DNA of 64,000 nucleotides from Chloroflexota bacterium. GTDB taxonomy: Bacteria > Chloroflexota > Dehalococcoidia > Lucifugimonadales > UBA3495. The position numbers and the translations under genes were made by a program. This document shows positions 9,761 through 18,472 of the stretch, piece by piece. Below the pieces are notes generated by a model. It did no database searches, was not told the DNA's origin, and was given only the letters and a program-made list of their open reading frames with translations. Position 1 is the first letter of the stretch, and the number at the start of each line of letters is the position of its first letter. The stretch is from assembly GCA_028875655.1 (NCBI GenBank), contig JAPPCX010000112.1, positions 141 to 64,140 on the forward strand, written 5' to 3'.

Positions 9761-10579
9761 TCATCCCGGGCCTGTCGAAGGCTGAGCCGAGCCGCTGTAC
9801 TGCGTCACAAACCGGCGGATCGCCTCGAAATACTGTCGCATTCCCATAAACATGAGGTCGTTGTGTCCCGCGCCGGGGATTACCAGCAGGTGCTTGTCCT
9901 CGGTCTGGATGCCGTCGTGCATCGCCACTGCGTCCTGCACCGGCGCCAGTTCGTCCAGCTCACCGTGGATCACCAGAGTGGGGATGTTGATGGAGTGCGC
10001 CTTGGCGTGGTAGGCGTCCTCCAGCGCCTGCGCGTCCGATTCATCCAGCCCTATGGTGAACCGCGCCAGGTTAGGCCGGCCGCTCTCGATGATCACGCCG
10101 GCGATACGGTCCGCCGCCTTGACCGCCAGCTCAAAGGCCGAGTGGCGACCCATGGAGCGGCCCATCACGTACAGCGGCCCGGTGAATCCCGATTTCTCCA
10201 GCGTTTCCCGCAGCCAGTCCAGTACCTTGCGCGCGTCCGACAGCATCAGCGTGAAGGCCGGCGACCCGTCGGACACGCCGTAGCCACGGTAGTCCGCCAC
10301 GAAGAAATTCACGCCAATCCGGTTGTAGAACGGCGCGATGCCGTCGTAGCCGGCCGCCGTCTCGCCGTTGCCGTAGAAGAACAGCACAGTCGGGCTTTCG
10401 ATCCCCACCGGGAAGAAGCGGGCGGACAACCGCACGTCGTCGTCCACGATGATTCCGCAATCAATCGCGCCCTCCGGAGTCTCCGTCCAGTGCCGCTGTG
10501 GGTAGAACGACATCCCCGACGCCCGGGGGTTGTCCAGCGCGGAATAGTCAACAGCGGCCATCGGTAGTAACCCCTTCAT
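9761..10579 (-). CDS. alpha/beta hydrolase
   Basis: Nucleophile elbow GRSMGRH, then HGELDELAP and GAGHNDL. The last ~9 codons and the stop lie in a REP copy (9756-9787). Confidence 0.75.
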   Translation of the reverse strand: MKGLLPMAAVDYSALDNPRASGMSFYPQRHWTETPEGAIDCGIIVDDDVRLSARFFPVGIESPTVLFFYGNGETAAGYDGIAPFYNRIGVNFFVADYRGYGVSDGSPAFTLMLSDARKVLDWLRETLEKSGFTGPLYVMGRSMGRHSAFELAVKAADRIAGVIIESGRPNLARFTIGLDESDAQALEDAYHAKAHSINIPTLVIHGELDELAPVQDAVAMHDGIQTEDKHLLVIPGAGHNDLMFMGMRQYFEAIRRFVTQYSGSAQPSTGPG

Positions 10580-10584
10580 AAACT

Positions 10585-10614
10585 GTCATTGCGAGCGCAG
10601 CGTAGCGATCTCGC
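10585..10614. repeat. REP family 2 half element
   Basis: GTCATTGCGAGCGCAGCGTAGCGATCTCGC, the same arm as in the 87-nt hairpin at 16168-16254. Confidence 0.75.
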
Positions 10615-10615
10615 T

Positions 10616-11128
10616 CTAAAACTCAAACCCCAACTGCGCGTACCGCACGAACACCGTCCCGAACGGATCTCCGATCGGCCCGTTGATCGCCAAGATGGCG
10701 ATGGTGTGCTGGTTCCCCGGCTGCGCGTCCGCCGTCACCGGCACCCGCTGCGACACGTTGAATCCCTGCACCGTTCCGCGCTCCCGGTTGCACTCGCCGT
10801 CCACCCAGATTTCGCCGTGGTCGTCTACGCACGTCTCGAACTGCACCCGCATCCCGGCGGTGGGGTGACCGTCAACGGTGTCGGGGATGGTGATGGTGGT
10901 CCGGTACCACGCGAAGGTGAACCCGCCGGAAACCCGCCCCGGCAAGTCGTCGCAGATCTCCCAGCCGGAATCGTCATAGTCTGGCAGCCGCGCCGGACTG
11001 CCGCCCGTCTGTTCGAAAACCAGCCCGCCGTTCTCCTCTCCCGGAACGTATCCCGTCGCATACCGCCACACCGACCCCATCAATGCCTGCCCCTCCGGTT
11101 CCGCGATGTTGATCGTTACTCTCGGCAT
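10616..11128 (-). CDS. hypothetical protein, galactose-binding-like jelly-roll (tentative)
   Basis: 170 aa. DDSGWEICDDLPGRVSGGFTFAWYRTTITIP resembles the GH2-type sugar-binding N-domain pattern. No other motif recognised. Confidence 0.45.
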   Translation of the reverse strand: MPRVTINIAEPEGQALMGSVWRYATGYVPGEENGGLVFEQTGGSPARLPDYDDSGWEICDDLPGRVSGGFTFAWYRTTITIPDTVDGHPTAGMRVQFETCVDDHGEIWVDGECNRERGTVQGFNVSQRVPVTADAQPGNQHTIAILAINGPIGDPFGTVFVRYAQLGFEF

Positions 11129-11213
11129 TTCGTCTCACCCCCTGCCCGTGTGTTTCGCGCCGCCATAGTACAGCAATTTGTGCTTTAATGACGCCGCACG
11201 CGGAGGTGGCAAT

Positions 11214-11888
11214 ATGGTTACGAGAAAAGGTACTGCCCTGTTGGTGGTGTACGCCGATGTGGACGTGGAACACGACGCCGAATTCAACGCCTGGTACAAC
11301 GAGGAACACGTCCCTGAGCGCATGAGCGCCCCCGGTTTCCTGAACGCCGCCCGCTACGAGGCCCTGCGGGGCGGCCCGCGATACCTGGCCGTGTACGAAC
11401 TGGAGTCGGTGGACGCCTTGCAAACTCCCGAATACCGGCACATGAGCGAGAACCCCACCGACTGGACCAAGCGCATGTCCCCCAACGTGGTGGGGCGCGG
11501 CACCCAGCGCCTGGTCTGCACCCAGATCTACCCGGCGGAGATCGACTCGCACACCCTGGGGCGCGGCATGGCCCCGGCCCTCCAGATCGGCCGTATGGAC
11601 GTGCCGGCGGACATAGAAGAGAAATACAACTGGTACTACGACAACGAGCGCACCCCGGCCAACCTGCAAATCCCCGGCTGCCTGCACGTGCGCCGCTACC
11701 ACGTCGTCGAGGGCTGGCCCAAGTACCTCACCATGTACGAGTTCGAGCACGAGAAGGTGCCGGAAACCCTGGCCTGGGAGAACCAGCGCAAGCAGGACCG
11801 CATGCACGAGTACATCGGCGGCAGCTACGGACATGCCCACGGCTCCCCCGGCGTGTACCGCCGCATCCTGCCGCCCCGCGCCTTCTGA
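11214..11888 (+). CDS. tandem dimeric alpha/beta-barrel (EthD/ABM-like) domain protein (tentative)
   Basis: Two internal repeats (VDVEHDAEFNAWYNEEHVPERMSAPGF / VPADIEEKYNWYYDNERTPANLQIPGC). The ATG at 11214 is preceded by GGAGGTGG. The ORF-track start at 11178 lacks an SD. Confidence 0.45.
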   Translation: MVTRKGTALLVVYADVDVEHDAEFNAWYNEEHVPERMSAPGFLNAARYEALRGGPRYLAVYELESVDALQTPEYRHMSENPTDWTKRMSPNVVGRGTQRLVCTQIYPAEIDSHTLGRGMAPALQIGRMDVPADIEEKYNWYYDNERTPANLQIPGCLHVRRYHVVEGWPKYLTMYEFEHEKVPETLAWENQRKQDRMHEYIGGSYGHAHGSPGVYRRILPPRAF

Positions 11889-11899
11889 CCGGGTTCCCG

Positions 11900-11925
11900 C
11901 CATTCCCGCGAAAGCGGAAATCCAG
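11900..11925. repeat. REP family 1 hairpin (slightly degenerate)
   Basis: CCATTCCCGCGAAAGCGGAAATCCAG. Confidence 0.75.
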
Positions 11926-11951
11926 AAACCGCAACATCTGGAGACTATCTC

Positions 11952-12383
11952 ATGCCACGCCAAATGACCCGTCAGGAAGCCCACGACTTCCTGGATAGCA
12001 AGCCCGGCTGGATCGCCCTCACCACCGTCGGCCCCGACGGTTTCCCTCACACCGTGCCCACGGGCTACTTCCGGCTGGGCGACGACGTCTTGCTGGGCGT
12101 CCGCAACAATACCCTCAAGATCAAAAACATCCGCTACAACCCCCAGGTCAGCCTGATGATCGAGAGCGGCAGCACCCGCCAGGACATCAAGGGCGTCATG
12201 ATCCAGGGCAACGCCACCGTGATTGACGACCCCGACGAGTTCCTGCGCTACGCCCGCGAGGCTGCCAGGCTGCGCGGAGTCGCTGAGACTGACCTCCCCA
12301 CCGAACCGCGCCCCGGCGCAGCCTACATCAAGGTGTCGCCGCACAAAATCCGCTCGTGGGACTACTCCCAGGACGTCGGGTAA
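11952..12383 (+). CDS. pyridoxamine 5'-phosphate oxidase-like (PPOX/F420-class) protein
   Basis: 143 aa. The pattern GWIALTTVGPDGFPHTVPTGY...VSLMIESG...IKGVMIQGNATV is typical of the split-barrel PPOX fold. Confidence 0.75.
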   Translation: MPRQMTRQEAHDFLDSKPGWIALTTVGPDGFPHTVPTGYFRLGDDVLLGVRNNTLKIKNIRYNPQVSLMIESGSTRQDIKGVMIQGNATVIDDPDEFLRYAREAARLRGVAETDLPTEPRPGAAYIKVSPHKIRSWDYSQDVG

Positions 12384-12400
12384 CCAGAGGCTGACGTGCC

Positions 12401-13120
12401 ATGACTACTACTGCACTGCAACCCACGAAGGTTCGAGGCCGGCCGGCGCCCTGTTGGCCCGGCACGATCGCAATCCCCCTGGCCGAGTTCGGCAAGTCGC
12501 TGGATGATAAAGACCTTGATGAGTGGTTTGAAGCTTTCGCGGAGCGGAACTCCGATATGTATGAGTACGAAATTTCCGGCACGGGCCACCTGATGATCCG
12601 GGAGCCTACCGGTAACCCCGGCGACCTGTACGAGAACCAATTGGCTATTGCTTTGGGCAACTGGACCGGCGAATACGGCGGTATATCATTCGGACCCACC
12701 AGCAGATTCGTTTTGCCCGATGGTTCCCGCTTCGGCCCTGACGCTTCCTGGCTGCGCGCGGAACGCCTGGGTGAGTTGACACTGCCGGAGAATAAGCCCT
12801 TCACGCACATCGTGCCGGACTTCATTGCCGAGATAAAATCCCCATCCAACAGCAACGCCGAGTTGGTCAACAAGATAAACCTGTTCCTGGAACATGGCGC
12901 CCGGCTGGCGTGGTTCATCGACGCCGAAACCCGCACGGCGATTAAGTATCGGCCGAACCACGAACCGGAAGTTTTGCACGACCCGGAGTACATCGACGGC
13001 GACGATGACGTGCTGCCCGGCTTCCGGTTCGCGGTGCGGGAGCGGATTTTTGACCTTTTCACGGATATAGAACATCAGGAGATGCAAGATGCGGCTGGAG
13101 AACAAGGTAGCACTGATTAG
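12401..13120 (+). CDS. Uma2 (DUF820) family PD-(D/E)xK endonuclease
   Basis: YEYEISGTGHLMIREPTG...GPDASW...IVPDFIAEIKSPSN... matches the Uma2 catalytic D...E.K layout. Confidence 0.8.
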   Translation: MTTTALQPTKVRGRPAPCWPGTIAIPLAEFGKSLDDKDLDEWFEAFAERNSDMYEYEISGTGHLMIREPTGNPGDLYENQLAIALGNWTGEYGGISFGPTSRFVLPDGSRFGPDASWLRAERLGELTLPENKPFTHIVPDFIAEIKSPSNSNAELVNKINLFLEHGARLAWFIDAETRTAIKYRPNHEPEVLHDPEYIDGDDDVLPGFRFAVRERIFDLFTDIEHQEMQDAAGEQGSTD

Positions 13121-13841
13121 CGGCGGCGCCCGGGGCATGGGCGCGGAGGAGGCCAGGCTGTTCGCCCGCGAGGGCGCGATGGTCGTCATCGGCGACGTGC
13201 TGGCCGAGGAAGGCCGCGCTACCGAAGCGCAGATCAACGAAACCGGCGGTCAGTGTGTCTTTGTGGAACTGGACGTCACCAGCGAGTCTGATTGGCAGAA
13301 CGCCGTCGCCACCGCCGTCTCCCGGTTCGGCAAGCTCGACATACTGGTCAACAACGCCGGCATCTCCGTGCGTGAAGGTATTGAGGACCTTACCGAAGCG
13401 CAGTGGGAACGCACCATGGACATCAACGTCAAGGGCGTGTTCCTGGGCACCCGCGCTACGATTCCGGCCATGCGCGAAGCCGGCGGTGGCTCCATCATCA
13501 ACATCTCGTCCGGCGCCGGCATCGCTCCCGCTCCCGGCACGTCCGCCGCCTACGCCGCCAGCAAGGGGGCCGTGCGCCTGTTCACCAAGTCCACCGCCAT
13601 CCAGTACGCCCGCGAGGGCATCCGCTGCAACTCCGTGCATCCCGGCCCGGTGCAGACGCCGATGCTGGGCACTACGCCGGATGACGAGGTACGTGTCGCC
13701 GCGCAAGTAGGCCGCGTGCCGCTGGGCCGCGTCGGACGCCCCGAGGAAATCGCCTACGGCGTCTTGTATCTCGCCAGCGACGAGTCCTCATTCGTCACCG
13801 GCTCCGAGGTCGTCATCGACGGCGGACGAACGGCGCAGTAA
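13089..13841 (+). CDS. SDR family oxidoreductase
   Basis: KVALISGGARGMGAEEA (TGxxxGxG), NNAGI, S...YAASKGAV catalytic triad, PGPVQTPM. Confidence 0.9.
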   Translation: MRLENKVALISGGARGMGAEEARLFAREGAMVVIGDVLAEEGRATEAQINETGGQCVFVELDVTSESDWQNAVATAVSRFGKLDILVNNAGISVREGIEDLTEAQWERTMDINVKGVFLGTRATIPAMREAGGGSIINISSGAGIAPAPGTSAAYAASKGAVRLFTKSTAIQYAREGIRCNSVHPGPVQTPMLGTTPDDEVRVAAQVGRVPLGRVGRPEEIAYGVLYLASDESSFVTGSEVVIDGGRTAQ

Positions 13842-13852
13842 GCGGCATCGCC

Positions 13853-13953
13853 GTCATTCCCGCCTTCGCGGGAATCCAGTGCTCGAAATCGCTGCCAACG
13901 TTACCCATTCATGCACCTTAAAATTCCTGGACTCCGGCTTTCGCCGGAGTGAC
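13853..13953. repeat. 101-nt composite REP element (second copy)
   Basis: GTCATTCCCGCCTTCGCGGGAATCCAG (13853-13879), a spacer, then CTGGACTCCGGCTTTCGCCGGAGTGAC (13927-13953). Collinear with 3111-3211. Confidence 0.8.
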
Positions 13954-13976
13954 GACGTTTGGAAAGGAGATTCTCC

Positions 13977-14825
13977 ATGCCGCCCAATCTCGTGCCCTAC
14001 CTGCTCTACGAACCCGAGGAATCGGGCATCCTCTGGATCAAGTTCAACCGACCCGAGCGCATGAACGCTCTCATCGGCTCGTCCGAGGAGAACGGCACCG
14101 TGGCCAAGGTGGGGGAGTATATGCGCGCCGGCGACGACGATCCCAACGTCCGCGTCATCGTCCTGACCGGCGTCGGGCGCGGCTTCTGCTCCGGCGCCGA
14201 TATGCGACGGGATAACGACCCATCCGTGACCGGCGAGAACTTCGTCGGCAACCGCGGCACCCAGCCGGGGCCCGACGCCGCCCGCGAGCACTTCTATCAC
14301 GGTTTCACCAAGCTGCACCGGGACATCTCGCAGGTCCGCAAGCCCACCATCGCCATGATCAACGGCCCCGCCGTGGGTTCCGGCATGGACATGGCTCTGC
14401 ACTGCGACATCCGCCTGGGCTGCGAAAACACCCGCTTCATCGGATACCAGCAACTCGGCCAGATCATCGAGAACGGCGGCAGCTATTACCTGCCCAAGAT
14501 GGTCGGCCTGGGCCGCGCCCTGGAGTTCGCCTACACCGGCCACCTGGACGCCGAGCGCGCCTATGCGTGGGGGATGCTCAACTACCTGGTGCCCTCCGAA
14601 GATTTGGAGCAGACCACCCGCGACCTCTGCGACCGCATCATCCGGACGCCGCCCATGGTGCAATGGATCAGCAAGCGCATCATGCGCGCCGCCCTCGACA
14701 GCACCCTGGAAACCACCATGACGCTAACGTCCAACGCCGGCGGCATCCTGAACGGCTCCGAGGATGCCCAGGAGGCGCGGCGGGCGTTCCTGGAGAAGCG
14801 GGCGCCGGAGTTCAAGGGGCGGTAG
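13977..14825 (+). CDS. enoyl-CoA hydratase/isomerase (crotonase) family
   Basis: ILWIKFNRPERMNAL, VIVLTGVGRGFCSGADM, GPAVGSGMDMALHCD. The ATG at 13977 follows AAGGAG. The track start at 13959 sits next to the REP. Confidence 0.85.
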   Translation: MPPNLVPYLLYEPEESGILWIKFNRPERMNALIGSSEENGTVAKVGEYMRAGDDDPNVRVIVLTGVGRGFCSGADMRRDNDPSVTGENFVGNRGTQPGPDAAREHFYHGFTKLHRDISQVRKPTIAMINGPAVGSGMDMALHCDIRLGCENTRFIGYQQLGQIIENGGSYYLPKMVGLGRALEFAYTGHLDAERAYAWGMLNYLVPSEDLEQTTRDLCDRIIRTPPMVQWISKRIMRAALDSTLETTMTLTSNAGGILNGSEDAQEARRAFLEKRAPEFKGR

Positions 14826-14830
14826 TCGCC

Positions 14831-15349
14831 TTACCCGAACGTCAGCTCCTGGCCGAACCGCTCGCCGTGGGTTATCTCCGACATCGGCTTCCGCGGCGTT
14901 CCGGTGCCCGCCGGCCGCATGATGCGGTAGCCAAACGGCAGCACCGTGATCAGTTCCATGTCCTCCGGGATGCCCAGCAGCGCCTTGACCTGATCCTGCT
15001 GCTCGCCGCGGATGCCCACGAAGCAGGTGCCCAGGCCCTCCGACCACGCCACCAGTTCCATCTGCTGCAACGCTCGGCCAGCGTCCAGCTGCGGCCGGCG
15101 CGTTTCGCCCATCACCACGGCGATGGCCAGCGGCGCGTTGCCGATGAACGTCCCCTGCGTGCAGATGCTCCCCAACTCGGCGATGGTGTCGGGATTCCGC
15201 ACTACGATGAAGTGCCACGGCTGCGTGTTGCTGGAGCTCGGCGCCCACCGCGCGGCCTGCAAGATACGATGAACCACGTCGTCCGGCACCGGGTCTGGCT
15301 TGAAGTCCCGGATGGTGCGTCGCCGCCTGATGTTTTCAAATACTTCCAT
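14831..15349 (-). CDS. nitroreductase family protein
   Basis: RRRRTIRDFKPDPVPDDVV..IL.AARWAPSSSNTQPWHFIVV is the classic nitroreductase N-terminus. Confidence 0.85.
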   Translation of the reverse strand: MEVFENIRRRRTIRDFKPDPVPDDVVHRILQAARWAPSSSNTQPWHFIVVRNPDTIAELGSICTQGTFIGNAPLAIAVVMGETRRPQLDAGRALQQMELVAWSEGLGTCFVGIRGEQQDQVKALLGIPEDMELITVLPFGYRIMRPAGTGTPRKPMSEITHGERFGQELTFG

Positions 15350-15385
15350 GTCAAAACCTCCGGTGGTGCAGTCTTACGATTATTC

Positions 15386-15493
15386 GTCTGAATCAGGATT
15401 CACAGGATTACCTGATTTTCAGGATTGTCGCCATGCAAGCATAAGCAACTTCAATCCTGTGAATCCCCGAATCCGATAAATCCTGATTCTGAC
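15386..15493. repeat. 108-nt imperfect palindrome built from CAGGATT / CTGAATCAG modules
   Basis: Left arm GTCTGAATCAGGATTCACAGGATT (15386-15409). Right arm AATCCTGTG...AATCCTGATTCTGAC (15453-15493). Inner CCTGATTTTCAGG hairpin. Confidence 0.75.
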
Positions 15494-15499
15494 GATTCC

Positions 15500-16141
15500 C
15501 TAATCGGTGATGTACGGCTCGCCCCAGCGGTCCTGGTACACCACGTCGGCCAGCGGCCCGCGACGCACCGGTCCGAAGTTCCCCATGGGGTAGCCGATGG
15601 GCAGTATGGCGTAGGAGTGGACGCCGGACGGCAACCCGAGAATCTCGTCCACTTCCCTGGCGTGGCGCAGGTGCCGGCTGGTGAGCGTCGCGCCCAGGCC
15701 CAGCGCCCGGGTCGCCAGCAGCATATTCTGCACCGCCGGGTAGATGGACGCGCCGGAGCCGCGGGTTGGAGTTTCCTCGCCGTCGTCCTGGCAGGCCACG
15801 ATCCATACCGGCGCCTCGTGGTAGTGCTCGGTCAGATACTCCACGGCGTCGTGCTGCCGGCGGTACCGCCCGGGGCTGGAACCCGGCGGCGGCTCGCTGC
15901 CCCGGTAGCGCGGCCCGACCACCTCGTCAAACGCCTTCTGGTACCACACCTGCACCCGTTCCTTGATGCTGCGATCCTTGATCACCAGGAAACGCCAGCG
16001 CTGGTTGGCCCCGCCGTTGGCCGCCCACTGGCCCGCCTGTAAGATTTGAAGAATTAACTCATCCGGCACCGGGTCCGGCTTCAGCCGGCGCATCGCCCGC
16101 GTGGTGCGCATGATGTGAAACAGTTCGGTATTCTCGGGCAT
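15500..16141 (-). CDS. nitroreductase family protein (paralogue)
   Basis: TTRAMRRLKPDPVPDELI..IL.AGQWAANGGANQRWRFLVI. Confidence 0.85.
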   Translation of the reverse strand: MPENTELFHIMRTTRAMRRLKPDPVPDELILQILQAGQWAANGGANQRWRFLVIKDRSIKERVQVWYQKAFDEVVGPRYRGSEPPPGSSPGRYRRQHDAVEYLTEHYHEAPVWIVACQDDGEETPTRGSGASIYPAVQNMLLATRALGLGATLTSRHLRHAREVDEILGLPSGVHSYAILPIGYPMGNFGPVRRGPLADVVYQDRWGEPYITD

Positions 16142-16167
16142 CAGGGCCTCCTATGTTCTGTTAACTT

Positions 16168-16254
16168 GTCATTGCGAGCGCAGCGTGGCAATCTCGTCGT
16201 AGCAACGAACGTGCCCTACCGAGATTGCCACGTCGCTTCGCTCCTCGCAATGAC
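16168..16254. repeat. REP family 2 full hairpin (87 nt)
   Basis: GTCATTGCGAGCGCAGCGTGGCAATCTCG ...loop... CGAGATTGCCACGTCGCTTCGCTCCTCGCAATGAC, with long, nearly perfect arms. Confidence 0.8.
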
Positions 16255-16292
16255 AACCCGGCGCAAGCGGGTCGGGGTCTGCTGGCATATAG

Positions 16293-17060
16293 CTAAAATC
16301 TTGGCGGCCGCTTTTCCAGGAACGCCGTCATGGCCTCGTTGGGGTACGGCGTGTTGAAACACAGGGCAAACGTCTTGATGCTGTACTCGGCGGCGGCCTC
16401 CTGGCCCATCTCCAGCCACGCCGACACGATCTGCTTCTGCGCGGCGAGGATGTAGCGACCCATACCGAGGAACGTCTCCGCCGTTTCCAAGGCAGCAGCC
16501 TCCAGTTCGGCTTTGGGTGCCACCCGGTCCACCAGCCCCATGCTCAAGGCTTCCTGGGCATCAACCGTCTCGCCGGTCAGCAGCATCCGCCTCGCCCGTC
16601 CCAGCCCTACCGTGGGCGGCAGCAGCGACGCCTCGATCACCGACGGCAGGCCGACCCGCACCTCCGGCAACCCAAATGATGCGTCCTCGGCGGCGATGCG
16701 TATGTCGCAGGCCAGCGCCAGCTCAAAGGCCCCGCCCAGGCACGGCCCGTGGATCGCGGCCACCACGGGCAGCGGGCAATCGAGCACCCCGCGCGCGGCG
16801 GCGTGCAGCGAGCGGATGAATTTTTCAGCCGACAGCGGTTCCAGGTCTTTCATCTCGTGCAGGTCAACGCCGGCTGAAAACGCCCGGTCGCCCGCGCCGC
16901 GCAGGATGATTGCCCGCAGGGACTCGTCCTGCCCGCAATCCTCAATGCGCTCTTTCAACTCCCGGAATACATCAGGTCCCAGCAGGTTCAGGTCTGTCCG
17001 CCCGTCCAGTTCCAGCGTTGCGATGGCGTCCCGCCGTTTCAGGTTCACGCCGGCGGTCAT
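16293..17060 (-). CDS. enoyl-CoA hydratase/isomerase family
   Basis: AIILRGAGDRAFSAGVDL, HGPCLGGAFELALACDIRIA, FLEKRPPRF. Confidence 0.85.
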   Translation of the reverse strand: MTAGVNLKRRDAIATLELDGRTDLNLLGPDVFRELKERIEDCGQDESLRAIILRGAGDRAFSAGVDLHEMKDLEPLSAEKFIRSLHAAARGVLDCPLPVVAAIHGPCLGGAFELALACDIRIAAEDASFGLPEVRVGLPSVIEASLLPPTVGLGRARRMLLTGETVDAQEALSMGLVDRVAPKAELEAAALETAETFLGMGRYILAAQKQIVSAWLEMGQEAAAEYSIKTFALCFNTPYPNEAMTAFLEKRPPRF

Positions 17061-17833
17061 GCTGATTTCTCCGCGCTTTCGATGAATCGCAGCACCTCAA
17101 AGTTGAAGATGCCCGGCTTCTCGAAATACACCGAGTGTCCCGCCTCTGGAACCCGCAGCAGCTTGGAGCCGGGAATCGCCTTCGCGCCGGCCGCGATCAC
17201 CTGCGGTGGTGAAATCTGGTCATCCTCGCCCACGAAGAATAGGGCGGGGATGTTCAGATTCTTCAACTCATCAGGACCCGGGCCGGCCGGCAATCCGTTG
17301 GGCGGTACGTGGCGCGGCGGGTTGGTGCGCGAAATCTGGAGGTACAGGTTCGCCAGGTTTGGGTTGCGCTGCACGAACAGCGGCGACACGGCGCGGAAAC
17401 CGATCTCTCCCGACGCCGTATGCGTCGCCGCCCAGTTGCGTTGCTCGGCCACAACTTCGGGCACCTCCATGCCGCCCACGGTGTCCGCCATCACCAGGCT
17501 TTTGACACGGTGCGGGCACTTGACGGCGAACCCGAGCATGGTACGCCCGCCCATGGACTGCGCCACCAGGTGCGCCGATTCAATGTCCAGGTGGTCCAGC
17601 AGCCCGCGCAGGTCGTCCACAAACGACGCGGCCCCCGGACCCTCCGGCACGTCCAGCGAGTGGCCGAACCCACGATGGTCAAATGTTACGCACCGGTACC
17701 GCTGGGAGAAGAATGGTATCTGCTGCCACCAGCTCAGCAGATTTCCGCCGGCGCCGTGGGCGAACACGATGGCGTCGCCCTCGCCGTAGCATTGGTAATG
17801 CAGATCAATCCCGTTGACTTTCACGCTGCTCAC
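17057..17833 (-). CDS. alpha/beta hydrolase
   Basis: VNGIDLHYQCYGEGDAIVFAHGAGGN, nucleophile elbow AQSMGG, EAGHSVYFE. A GTG at 17833 is preceded by GAGGTG. The 534-aa track ORF (to 18661) is an antisense extension over the SnoaL-like gene. Confidence 0.8.
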   Translation of the reverse strand: MSSVKVNGIDLHYQCYGEGDAIVFAHGAGGNLLSWWQQIPFFSQRYRCVTFDHRGFGHSLDVPEGPGAASFVDDLRGLLDHLDIESAHLVAQSMGGRTMLGFAVKCPHRVKSLVMADTVGGMEVPEVVAEQRNWAATHTASGEIGFRAVSPLFVQRNPNLANLYLQISRTNPPRHVPPNGLPAGPGPDELKNLNIPALFFVGEDDQISPPQVIAAGAKAIPGSKLLRVPEAGHSVYFEKPGIFNFEVLRFIESAEKSA

Positions 17834-17998
17834 TGGGACACCTCGAATGTTCGGGCAATGTGGGTTGATATTTGCGCCGATTCTAGCACGGATGGAATGC
17901 CACGCCGGCCGGGATCGGCTGGTGATTCGGCAGGCGTTATAATGACTCCTGAATGCGGGGCTAAATCCCGGTGACTGCGACCAGCAAAAGGCTGAAAA

Positions 17999-18400
17999 AT
18001 GACCACGAATCAATGGCCTGAAAGCGCGGCGAACGCGGTGGCGGCAATCGAAGGTTTCATGGCCGCGCTGAATGCCCACGACGATGCCGCGCTCCTCGGC
18101 CTGCTGCACCTGCCCCACGTCCGCATCTCCGGCGCCGGTGTCGCCATCTGGCACGACCTCGCCGAGTTGGAAGCCACCTACCTGCGCGATTTCTACCAGC
18201 GCGCCGGCCCCGAATGGCATCACACCATCCTGGATTCCACGGACGTGCTGCACAGTTCCGAGCGCAAGGTACACGTCCTGATCCAGTTCACCCGCTGCGA
18301 TGCCCAGGGCGCTCCCATCGCCACCTATCGCTCCCTGTGGATCATGACCGAGGATGACGGGCAATGGGGCGCCCAGGCCCGCTCCAGCTTCGCCCCGTAA
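17999..18400 (+). CDS. SnoaL/NTF2-like fold protein (tentative)
   Basis: 133 aa. The N-terminal helix AVAAIEGFMAALNAHDDAALLGLLH is typical of the NTF2-like cone fold. TATAAT at 17938-17943. Confidence 0.45.
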   Translation: MTTNQWPESAANAVAAIEGFMAALNAHDDAALLGLLHLPHVRISGAGVAIWHDLAELEATYLRDFYQRAGPEWHHTILDSTDVLHSSERKVHVLIQFTRCDAQGAPIATYRSLWIMTEDDGQWGAQARSSFAP

Positions 18401-18472
18401 AATAAGGTGGTAACATGCGCTGATACCACGCCTACCTTCGGCGGATCGGGTTACAATATGCGGAGGTACGCC

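Noticed and set aside
10974-12344. 456-aa minus-strand ORF
   Set aside because: It is antisense to two well-supported plus-strand genes (the EthD-like and PPOX-like genes) and also runs across a REP. The product is Gly/Ala/Val/His-rich with no domain signature.
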